From Entomortierella parvispora E1425 (taxonomy: Eukaryota; Fungi; Mortierellomycota): 64,000 nucleotides of DNA. The DNA is taken from NCBI GenBank assembly GCA_020891255.1, contig BQFW01000005.1, positions 1,426,001 through 1,490,000 on the forward strand. Direction: 5' to 3'. Below are positions 1-10,723 of the stretch, in pieces. The notes below the pieces were generated by a model. It made no database searches and was not told the DNA's origin. It was given only the letters and a program-made list of their open reading frames with translations. The translations under genes were made by a program, and so were the position numbers. The number at the start of each line of letters is the position of its first letter. Position 1 is the first letter of the stretch.

Positions 1-1026
1 CTTCCTCCAAAGCCGCTAGCGAACCAAGGTCGTTGGCGCTTCGATTCTTGTGTATGATCTTGTTCCGGAGGTGTCTCACATAGCTGAGATTGCGATATAC
101 CATATACTTCCGGCTGATGGGGTCTCGCAACTCCGTCTTGTGGAGAAGGTGCTTGGGTCTGCTTTCAGGAGCCGTAGAAACAATCGTCTCCAGGTAATTC
201 AACGCATCCTGCGACGCGCGCTTCGGGATTGGTGCCTGATGTGTATGGTAACCGCGATGGGTGAACTTGATGCATCCCCCTTCCTCGACCAAATCCAGGA
301 CAGCTGTACATGGCAGATGTTCAAGCTCTCTCTCGTGGATAGCGCAAAATTGGCTCTCGGGTGTGTCCGACATGTCGATACGCGTTTCGCCTGTGACGTA
401 ATCAACAGGTCCATTAACTTTTGGTCGCCGCACCCACCGACAGTCAGGAGCTGGGCATCGCAGAATACCAAGGCACTTTTTGTGGATTTTGATCATTGAC
501 CCATCAGATTTGATATTGCGCCGGTAAACTTGAGTCGCCCAGCCTACACTCCGAGCGAGTAAAATGGTGTCATAGTCCTGGACATTGCGCTTAAACTTGA
601 TGTTTCCATTTGGGAACTCGTCGCTTGACTCGAGGCTTCTACAATTCGTTTTTTTTAAAAAAAAAAAAAGTTAGCAGACAGACTATAGCCCCGAGAGGAA
701 TGAGATGAGATGCAGTAGTATCCATACCCTCTGCTATTTTCTGAGGAAGCTGCCTCTCTCGAGGACTTTAGTTTCTGCTCGTCAGCAGGCGTAGCACCGA
801 CATGCAGCCTAAAAAAGACAAGAATCTGAATAAATACCAGGGAACGTACGAGAACGACACAGAAAAAAGACGACAGGGATCAACATAAAACGTCATCAAG
901 TGGCGAACATACCCAGCCTGACAGAAATTGTAGGTCTAGCATTTAAAACATAGGAGTATGGCGGTTAGGACCACTAGCAATCGATCCTCACCATGGCTTG
1001 GGATCAAGGAACTGTCGTCGACGTTC

Positions 1027-1057
<31 letters not shown>

Positions 1058-2906
1058 TACAGGTCATCTGGAATAACGATAGGGTTATTTGAGCTATAAA
1101 AGAAAGAGAGATTAGATCGAAAGAAAAAAGGAACACACCAAAGTCAATTGAACTTCTGATCATCATACCTGGAGCAGGGTTTTCTCACTTCATGACGAGA
1201 GCCGGGGTAATAACAGACAAACGGATCAGCAACTGGATGACCAGCAAAAGAGACGCCAGCAAGATGGCCAGCAAATGGGCCTGCAAGACCTGCATATGGA
1301 CCAGCATCAGGGTGTCCAACATATGGACCAGCAAATGGATGACCAGCAAATCGACGACCATCAAGTGGACCAGCAACAGGAAGCTTGGCAATCGGACCAA
1401 TAAAAGGGCCAGAAACAGGACGAGAAACAGGAAGCGGGCTATACACAGTAGAATACGTCAGCTTTCAGATATATGAAGGAAGGATGACAGTACTTATGGG
1501 ATGAAAGCCCTTACCCAGAATATGATCTTCTTAATCCATTAGGATGTAAGGTCATAGGTTTGGCCGCAGGAGTGGATGCCGTGTCAATTGCGAACTTGGT
1601 GCAAGTAGCAGGTTTGACAGATGCGACGACTCGGAGGGCAGGCGCCACAGGCGCTGCAATCAGGGGGGGTGGGCACCACAGGTGCGGCAATTGGGGGGGT
1701 AGGCACCACAGGCGCAGCAATCGGGGGGGTGGGCACCACAGGCGCGGTATTTACGGTCTTATCGAGCGCTGAAGGTGTGCTAAACGGGGAAACAGACCTG
1801 GCAACTGGGGAAATAGACCGCGCAATTGACGGGGAAATAGACCGCGCAATTGACGGGGCAGACACACAAGCTCCGGTCTTGGCAAGTGTAGCAGGTGCAG
1901 CAACTGGGGAGGGGGAGAGCCTTTTCGAAAACTTTGCCACAAGTCTAGACAGAAAAGAAAAGCGGGATCAAAGGCGAAATAATGAGTAAATTAGCAAGGA
2001 AAGCGTTCATTTCGAGATTTTAGAACTGAACATACCCATGCCCAGATCTGGTTGTCGTCAAGGTAAGTTTAGTGCTCGTGTTTGAAATTTCTCTGTCTGC
2101 GAGGAGGGTAACAGCGTCAGTCTTACGAAAAGCGGCTGCTTCGCGGTAGCTTCGTTGAAAATGGCAAATAATAGACAAGTGGGTGAAACAGATGGTCAGT
2201 TTGATATCGAAAGTTGAGCTTGATATGAGCTTGATATGAAAAGAACAAAGGTCGGGTCACTAGTTGGTACCTTAGTCGCGAACCGTCCTTTTCGCGACAG
2301 ACCTTAGAGTCACTATTAACCGTTTACGCAAAAAAAAAAGAAAAAAAAAAAAAAAAGACAGGCTAGACGTTAATATGATGATCGTACAAATCAGTAACAA
2401 GACAAGTAGAAACATACGGAGACTCATCGTCGCTCTCGATGGTGATGACATCTTGATGCTTGACGCACGTTCTACGTTTTGAATAGGAAGAATCTCAGTA
2501 GACTGCCACAAGGAGGAATGGCTTCAAAAGTTCAGCTGATGTTTACTTACTCTTCTTTCGACGCAAACTCGGGAAAACCCTCCGAAGAAGAGGAAGAAGG
2601 GGCGGAGAGACGGCGATTTGGATTTGCCCAGCTCAGGAACTCTTCTTCTGAAGTAGAAATTGACGGAGGAAGGGCGAGAAGGCGTCTCGCCCTCTTCGCG
2701 GTTCGAGGCTTCTGGGGGCTTCTTCCCAGAGGCGATGGGGAGGGTGCCCGCTTGCTCTCTCGATCCCCACCTTGATCAGCAATACGGTTGATTAGAGGGG
2801 GAAGTTCTCTAAGTTTATCGGGATTGATTTTGGCGTCCTTCACCATTGAAGCGACTCGCAACGCGAGATCCATATCTTCGATGGAGTAGAGGGGGTTTCT
2901 GCTCAT
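1..2906 (-). CDS. Multi-exon GCM (WRKY-GCM1 zinc finger) domain gene, probably transposase-derived; runs off the left edge; apparent frameshift near 1662
   Basis: Minus-strand exon 638..1 is not in the ORF track. It translates without stops as SSDEFPNGNIKF...VGWATQ...KKCLGILRCPAPDCRWVRRP...FCAIHERELEHLPCTA...GYHTHQAP, matching the GCM pattern (EWPDG, GWA, KKxCLGVxxC...C...RP, C...L...PC, GxHxHxxP). The branch site CTAAC and acceptor at 639 are clear. Upstream Pro/Ala/Gly-rich exons with GT-AG boundaries run to the ATG at 2906; that exon chain is tentative. Confidence 0.7.
1640..1740 (-). repeat. Coding 30-bp tandem repeat x3 (PVVPTPPIAA); one copy has an extra base at 1662
   Basis: Units are gggcaccacaggtgcggcaattgggggggt, aggcaccacaggcgcagcaatcgggggggt and a 31-nt aggcgccacaggcgctgcaatcagggggggt. 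The reading frame switches between ORFs 1584..1940 and 1511..1720. Confidence 0.85.
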
Positions 2907-3487
2907 TGTGAAGGAAGGTGTATTGGAATGAGCTAATGAGGGTAGAGTTGAAGGGTGATGAAGAAATGAGAGAAGAAAAAAGATATCAGCAAGTTGGCGC
3001 CTTCTTCAATTTGGGCAGTTCTTCCTGGCGGCGAGGCAGCAGCAGTCGTCCTGCCGGAGCTTAATTCCGGTACTGTTTGATGTGAGCATCACTTGAGAAC
3101 AAATCAAAGGCCAGAAAGTGAGCAGCACTAAAGTGTATACGTACAGTACAGCAGTAGTAGCTGAAAGGCGGGGCTTTATTTCGCGTTACTCCGTCCATCC
3201 GGGAACCAACCCAATGACCAATGGCATGACTGTAGACTGAAAGGATACCAAAAGGAGCAGTTCCGGGACCCCACCTGTGCTCACCGCGTCCAGTCTAGAA
3301 ATCGCTCATTAGGATTTTTCACAGGGTTGCAAACGAACGGGAGTCATTGGCACGTGCCGTAAAGGGGGCCTCATTTGAACTTCCGTGCTGGCATGGGAAG
3401 AAATGCCAGTTAGCAGGCAAATCACAGGACGGCATGGGCATGAGTCATATCTCTCTAGAGTACTCTCTAGGTTGTACGTTGAAGCAC

Positions 3488-4496
3488 TTACTGCAAAAGC
3501 TGTGATAACTGGATAACCTTCTGGGAAAGGTCGTATATCGCGTCAGACATGGCTGTAAGTTGCTCTCCGATGTATGGCGACAGACTATCTAAACGAAGTT
3601 GACTTCTATCCGTTTCGCTTCCCAACCCCGCTAAGGCCGGCCGTGAACTACCAGATTGCTGAGAGACGAGATCTAGCTTTATCCGTTTGGCCGACCTATC
3701 CGCGAGGGTGGTTGATATGGCACCATATTCTACTGACCGTGACCTTGACCTTGACCTTGACCGTGATAGTGACCGTGACCGTGACCGTGATTGAGCGTTT
3801 TTCTCTTCGTCTTCCGCTCTATCCTCTTGCTGTTCATTTCCCCCTGCTCTGTACATTTCGCCACTGCGTTTGTACGTCGGAAAAGCACGACGGAAATAGG
3901 TTGCACTCAGCTCAGAAAGCTCCTTGACCCAATTGAAGAGGATAGTTGGCTCGAACGCGTATTCCCTCCCGATGTTCCTGCTGATATATTGGTAATCGGC
4001 ATACTTCTTCAAAAGTAGGTCGTACATGGACCAATAAGCTTGTCCTGTCACTCCCTGAAAAACTGGCTCTTGATGCCCTAGGTCGTGGGCCCAATCTCTG
4101 AACAGGTACCCATCTCGAGAAGGCCGGAATAATTCTTTTTTATCTTTCCCGGGTAGGTTGTCCAAAAGTTCCCGGAATCTCCTGACAAGGAACACTACAG
4201 CGACCAGAATGTATGCCTGGTTCTGGCCGTTACATTTCGGTCGCAGAAGACGGAATCTTGGGGAACTGTGCTTGGGATTGACTTTCCCTACGTTATCCCC
4301 TTGCCATAGAAAGACCCCTGCCACAACATAACAACCTCATGTTAAGAAGGTGTCTAGTTTCTCATACAACTCGGACAAATAAAAGAACCAGCTATGTACC
4401 TCTTTTTCCTTCAACTAGATCGGCTGCATTGGGAGGGTCCCTGAAAAAGTTAAAGAGATCCCTGTAATCCTGGAGGTGAGTGCTGGAATTCTTCAT
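3488..4496 (-). CDS. Myb/SANT(trihelix)-like domain + SR repeat + C-terminal coiled-coil protein; paralog of 7047..8589
   Basis: Exon 1 starts at ATG 4496 (MKNSSTHLQDYRDLFNFFRDPP...) with a GTACAT donor at 4399 and an acceptor at about 4319, followed by ORF 3488..4324. A 6-bp repeat encodes SRSRSR. Clear similarity to the 7047..8589 protein. Confidence 0.65.
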
Positions 4497-6602
4497 GAAT
4501 TAATGTGATGTGGACGGGGAATTGACGAGATGGAATGGCAATTTGGGCGAAGCTTGTGATGAAACAATAGAGGATAAGCCACTATATGTCACGTGTGATG
4601 TGTAGTGTGTGCACGTGATTGGTGGTATAATTCATAATAAGAAATTATTCATTTGTGTCCCAAGTTGGTTTTGCTCTTGTGGATGCAGCAGCACATTTTT
4701 TTCCACGAGATCCTAGGATCAACGCACAGATTGGCCTATATCTTTTTTTTTTTTTTTTTTTTTTTTGCAGACTAACGAGTCTGCCCAGGGCAGATGCCAC
4801 TGGTGTAGCATTCTGCAACGGAAAGACAGGAAGGACGATAGATTTTTTTGTTTTACTGTCAAAAAAGTCTTCCCCAGGCAGTACTGATGTGTCCATTCTC
4901 GATCAGGACCGAAAGGGGGGCGACAACAGTTGACCTTAGTTAGCCAAAAGACAGGCGGAGGAAGATATAGTCCCACGCCGTGCAGGGGTTGTGCCTGTGG
5001 TATACGCCCTGGGTTATGGCGCCAGTAGGTCTGGAATCGAGGAAGGAGTCAAGCGGCAGAGGAGGAAGACTATGCATGGCAATGTTTTTTTTTTTTTTGT
5101 CATGGTATCCTGATATCCTGATATTCGCGCTTTTACTCTCGCACAAACTTCCCAAAGACACTACACAATGAATGAGGGCAGCAGTCGGCTCCCCGGTGAT
5201 TTTGGCGAGCCTCCTTCCGTAGGCTTACTGTGGATCTGGTTTCTAGCCCTCATGGCGCCTCTATTTCGAGGATACACTGGCTGCTGCTTGCAACCCGTCA
5301 CATTGCGCAAGTAGCCGTAGCATCGAAGTCTTCTCGCTGTTGCCAATGATTCTCCCCTCCTTTTCATCTCATTCTCTCTTCTATTTTTCTATTATGGCCT
5401 GCAGTGGGTTGTTTGGTTGGCATCCTGTAATCGCAATAACGGGTTGATGTGATCGAGTGGCATGATGAAGAGGTACAGGTTCTGCATGTATCAGCCTCAC
5501 TGTCACAGTCGGATACGCAGAGGAGAGATGGTGGAAGGGAAAGGGTCATATAATCACTACGAGGATTAATGTGGTTTGTGAGAGCTACAGGCAGAGGAAG
5601 GGCAAGGGGGTTTATACTACAAGGTAGACGAGATCCTGTAGTGGGTATGAGCGTGGATGATGAACCTAATAGAACTGGATGGGAAGCGGTGTAACTACGA
5701 TCTGGCCTGGCGATGAAATGAACCTATGGGTGAGCAGACAACAGTGTGGCTGAAGTAGTAATGGTCAGAATGGCAGGGATTGGCGGGGGCAGAAGTCGAT
5801 CGGGATTCAAGGTGCCATTTCAGTGAGCTCGAGCACAGGCCCCATTTTGTAGAGACAAGAGGAGCAACAGAACGTCAGTTTGACGTCCATGACCATTCGA
5901 AGGACAGTAAGTTTTTTTCTTTCTTGTGTAGAACACTGACAACGAGTAGCTGCCAGTGCCTCTTGGGAAACCACAGCACAGACCAATCCAGCAGACAAAG
6001 AGGTTGATTCTATTTTCAGAGTTTTTTTTTTTGAGCAATGGTCAATTCTATTTTCAGACACAACGTTCATTCTCAGACGTAAGGTTCATAACTCTATACA
6101 GAAATCAACAGTAAAATCGTGTGACCCATATTTAAGAGGATTGATGCGAACATTACATTTGAAAGTAAAAAGTTGTTCACAGCGGTGAAGGTTCCCATGA
6201 GAGAGGAGGCAAAGGTGGTGCAGCCTCAGCAGTTCAATTGCTGAATGAAGAATGAACGGCAAGTGGTACCAGACGAGAGTGGGATTTCCAGAAAGATGCC
6301 CTTCATTGTGTCAAGAGAAGTTCGATGATTGATTGCCCGCTCTACAAAAGGCAGCCGCTGGAGAAAATCTAATCGCGTTGAAGGGAATAGACGCGTGGAT
6401 CTGACTGGATCGCGACATGGGCTTGTGGCTCCTCTATATTTAGAACATTATCGCATTGCTGAAAGAGGCTACCGATGGTCATTTGACAGAAGGAGAGCCC
6501 GTCCTCCAAAACCCTCTTGTTGTCCACGCGTACAGCGTCCGTGCTCAATTGACAGAGTTCGCCATCAAACACGCGGTGAACAGGGATCATATTAGAGGCG
6601 GT

Positions 6603-6900
6603 CGGGCTCTCAGGTAATTCAAAGATTTGGTCTGGGAGACCGTCCAGGTCGATAGCCCTACGGCGCCATCAAAGCACGGGCTCTCAGGCCGTCATGGGAT
6701 CTAGCCTGGGAGTACGTCGAGCTCGATAGCCCTACGGCGCCATCAAGATGCTGGTTCTCAGGCTGTTACGAGATCTAGCCCGGGAGCACGTCCATGTCGA
6801 TAGCACCTCGGCGCCATCAAAACGTTGGTTCTCAACCTGCCATGAGATCTAACCAGGGAGCACGTCTATTTCGATATCCCATCTGCGCCATCAAACTTCC
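6603..6900. repeat. 74-bp degenerate tandem repeat (about 4 copies), non-coding
   Basis: TCGATAG cores at 6649, 6723, 6797 and 6871 give an exact period of 74. Shared blocks are GGCGCCATCAA, GGTTCTCAGG, GATCTAGCC and GGGAGCACGTC. A partial copy starts at 6603. Confidence 0.9.
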
Positions 6901-7046
6901 TGAACGAGTGTAACTTCCATTGCCTATCGACTACCGTCGAAATATCGGTAAGAAAGAAGGATTCACGACAAGCGATAGTCACGTGACCCAACGCGGACGC
7001 GGATACTGTAGAGGGTGGGGTTGCCATGACTCTCGCCGCAACAACC

Positions 7047-8589
7047 ATGGCTCCAAAACGAAACCCCTCCCAACATGCTGCTTCTGGGACGCTCTCGACA
7101 GAACAGACTGTCCGTCTGAAGCACTACCGGAATATATTTGAGGACCCTAAAGATGTCGATTCACTCCAGTCCGGTAGGGTTCTTTCAGTGGAAGACAGCA
7201 TTCGGGAAGGTAATTAATTGAGGCAATTGGGGATCCTTCGCTCTGCTGGCATTTTCACTGAGTCCCTTTTTTTTCCCTCATCTAGCTGACCTCGCTATTG
7301 AAATGCCTGCCATTAGGTCAAAGAGGTACTGTGGGCTTAAAGCCATTCCTAATGGTGGAAACCAACGGAGGATATTCTTGACCGTCCAATTCCTTATCCA
7401 GCGACTCCATCAATTCTGCGCTAATGCGAAGGATGAACTAAGAGACATGAGTCTGACGAGAGGCGGCGAATTGTACACTCAGCTTTCTGCAGAATTAGAG
7501 CGTGCCGAGCCAAGTCTGAGAGGAGTTACAGCAGGTGCCCTATATTCGACGGTTGGCAGACTCTGTGCTGACTACAACGCCTATGAGAAATTAGCCACGT
7601 CCGCGACTGGGGTGGATCTGGCATTCTCAACTCGGTTGCTGGAGCTCTGTCGCCTTTTGCGCGATTACGACCGGACTTTATTAAGGATCAAACAGGAAAC
7701 ATCGGAACTCACAGCGGAAGAGAGGGCGCGCGTGGCAGTTGCCGAAACTGCAACCCGACAGAATCTTATCACAGAGGATCGCAGACGGAGAATGCACAAG
7801 AAACTAAGATTTGACGATACTGTATCGCGCTGTAGCAGTGAAGACATTGACAACGACGATGAGCAGGAAGGCGAGGAAGAAGAGAATGAGGATGAGGATG
7901 GACACTCAGCGAGCGAACAATATGATAGCGAAACACAAAGCTCCGACGGGGCCGACGTCACGCATGTTCGAGCTGGAGTTGCTTTGCCCGTTCATCAGCA
8001 GCAACAAGAGCGACTCTACCCTCCAAGTATCTTGTCAACCATGGTTCCTTCGCCCAAACACCGCTCTATGACACCACCTCGGAGCACAAAAACAACGAAG
8101 ACGATGCGGATGCCAAGGGGATTTGCGAAGGAGCAAAGGAGAATAGCAGACGAAGTGCAGTCAATAAGACAAGTCGTGGCGATTGAGACTACCGCTAGAA
8201 TTAAGGAACTTAGTTGGAACATGACAGACAACACAACCATCGTTGAAGATCTCGGCAGGAACACAGTAGCCAAGATCGACGATTTGAATAGGAATATCGA
8301 CGATTTGAATAGGAATATCGACGATTTGAATAGGAATACCATTGCTGTCATTTCAATGCTGTCGGATTTGAGGTCAGAGATGCATGGAACGTTTCTCACA
8401 TTCAGGAACGAAATCCGTGATTTACAGGATATTGTATGGAAGTCTTACTTGAGGACTTCCGGCCCATCTCCACCTCAACCTCACTCGGCCTCGGTACGGT
8501 GGCCTCCAATGCTGGCACGCTCTCAGACCACATTGCATCCCGATATATCTCTGGCCACAGCTGCAGCGCCACGGCCACCAGAAAGGTAA
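7047..8589 (+). CDS. Myb/SANT(trihelix)-like domain + acidic region + coiled-coil protein; paralog of 3488..4496
   Basis: ATG at 7047 (MAPKRNP...), a phase-compatible intron at about 7211..7285, then ORF 7303..8589. It has an acidic linker and an IDDLNRN heptad repeated three times by a 21-bp repeat at about 8275-8337. Confidence 0.7.
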
Positions 8590-9655
8590 TGACGATACAA
8601 TTTATTACAATAAATCTTGACGTAGAAGGGCTCCCAGCATCCACTGGTGTTTGGAGTAAGGTACCATTCAAGAGTCGGCGGATCTATTCCGAAATATGAG
8701 GTGATGTTGTTCCCTCTGCGAATGCAAGTAAGAGTAGAGCAGGCACAAGTCTGGCTGTTTTCAAAATGTTGCTGTGGGCCAACCAGTTCCAGTTATTGTC
8801 CATAAAGTCAAATCCCTTGTCAGCACAAAGAACGGGACGCCTCGTGGATAGGCTGAAACGGATTTCGGATATGCTAAGGACTGGACCGCGAAAGGGCGAC
8901 GAACTTGAAAGTGATACCATTACCACAAATGACCATCGGAGCGCCAAGAGTGTTATGACAGTGGACATTCAGAATGATTCGAAGGCAAGACTTGGTCAAA
9001 GTGGCCGTGTCAGCCTCTGCCCCCGGATGAGGGCCACTCAGATGGGCAATCATATTTCATGAAGTGCATCTGTTTCTGAGTAGAATATGTCAGGTTTGGC
9101 GTTTCAAACACAAAAAAAAAAGATCTGCTTTTTGAGCGTGAAGTTTAGCAAAGGACAGGATGTTATAAGGAGAGGAGAAGAACTCCAACACCACAATGGA
9201 GATAGCGCAATGTCCAGAAACTTCACTGTGATGGTTGCACTTGGACCAGAATTAAAGTCGTGATTATAGGAGAGACGGTGCGCTGGACCTTGCCATTTCC
9301 GTGTTGCGGCGTGAGAGCGCTTGGGATTGAGGGTGGATCTGGTGCAGTTAAGTTATATAGCTATGTATAAATGGCCGACAGAAAGGTGCCGACAAATAAG
9401 CGTGATTGAGAGCCATGACGACAAAAGACTAACAGACTGTCAATCCCCCCTTATGACTTTGCCATGAAATTGGGTTGTGATTACTTCGCCTTGCAGCACG
9501 GATGAGGGTTCTGTGCGCCTGACCGTTCCTTCCTTTTTTCTCACACTCGCAGCCTTTCTTTCTTTACCCCCTTTCACCTGAGGTCTTTATTTCTGCATTG
9601 ACTTTTCTTCTTTTGATCTTGCTCCAGAAGGCCCCCGAGCTTTTAAAAACACACA

Positions 9656-10249
9656 ATGGCATTCAACGCCCCCCGGAGCGCAGCTTTATTACGTCTCTCT
9701 GTCACTAAAACGTGGTCATGGCACAAGAATTCCCCAAGAACCATCAACACAAAATCGACGCTCTGGAAAAAGATGCGCCAACAGGTGCTGCAGCGAGACG
9801 ACTGTACTTGCCGCTTCTGTGGTGTGCGGTCTGGAAAATATATGGTCTGCGACCACATCGATGGCAACCCCTCTCATAACGATCTTTCCAATCTCGGCAT
9901 CAACTGCCCAATGTGTGACTCTGTACGTCACTGTGGCCTAGCTGGCATCCACAACCTTTTGTCTCTGGGTATCTCGAAGATGCCCCAAAAGGATATTAAT
10001 CTCAAGACCCTGCAGCTCTTCAGCGAGACCCACAAAGTTCCTTTGTTCTCTGAGGTGGACAGCAGTGCTGTTATCGTTGCAGATCGCACTATTGGCTACG
10101 CCAACATACTGCTGAAACTCAGCGATGACTTTGATTATACTTCAAAATGCGATTGCAGTTCTATCCCCCACGACTACAGCATGCACAAGGGCTTTTTTAA
10201 AGCCGATTCTACCACTCTGCTCAACCGGATTCTTGATAATCGATTTTAA
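9656..10249 (+). CDS. Intronless HNH endonuclease, DotN/IcmJ-like
   Basis: W..MRQQVLQRDDCTCRFCG...VCDHIDGNPSHNDLSNLGINCPMCDSVRH is the zinc-binding HNH signature (RDxxxCxxCG...H.DG...N...N...CxxC). Confidence 0.85.
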   Translation: MAFNAPRSAALLRLSVTKTWSWHKNSPRTINTKSTLWKKMRQQVLQRDDCTCRFCGVRSGKYMVCDHIDGNPSHNDLSNLGINCPMCDSVRHCGLAGIHNLLSLGISKMPQKDINLKTLQLFSETHKVPLFSEVDSSAVIVADRTIGYANILLKLSDDFDYTSKCDCSSIPHDYSMHKGFFKADSTTLLNRILDNRF

Positions 10250-10723
10250 CCATAGTGGTATGCGGTATTATATGTCAAAAGACAATAAAACCCACGAAAC
10301 TCGTGGTTCAAACTGGGTATAAAATACCAAAGCGACTGCTCAAGGATAGGATGTTTCCTTCTCTCTCTCGTGGTTGATCCACTGTTTTGGTTGTTCACAT
10401 CCTTTTTCTTTGGTTATAATTGCTTCATTCCACCAACTGTTTTCAGAAGTAAAGAGATACTTCGAGTCGTTTTCCGTTGGAGATCGCAGTCCTCAAGTTC
10501 TCCCTCACCCTCGTCGTTGTCAGACTCACCCTCCAATTCATCTCTATCATCTTCAACAACCTCGAAGACGACTATCCAGCACACCTCCGCTACTACAACC
10601 ATTACATCCTTGATCTAGACAGTACCGCCATCTCAGCTTCATCGACACCGTATAGCCGCCCCTTTCTTGACCTTCACAGCAAAAACACTTCCATCACCTT
10701 TTCCAACTCCTGACATCCCTACG

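Noticed and set aside
50-499. 149-aa plus-strand ORF
   Set aside because: Antisense shadow of the GCM-domain exon.
1026-1055. Long poly(A/T) runs (also at about 650, 2330, 4745, 12760 and 61266) as retro-insertion tails
   Set aside because: Several lie within or beside predicted introns and none is preceded by a recognisable element end; only the run at 62710 is.
4940-6590. Cys-rich and other short minus-strand ORF fragments as a CxC/KDZ transposase or Crinkler remnant
   Set aside because: No coherent frame or diagnostic motif could be reconstructed by hand.
6603-6900. CRISPR array
   Set aside because: Whole 74-bp units are homologous along their length with no unique spacers, there are no cas genes, and the context is eukaryotic.
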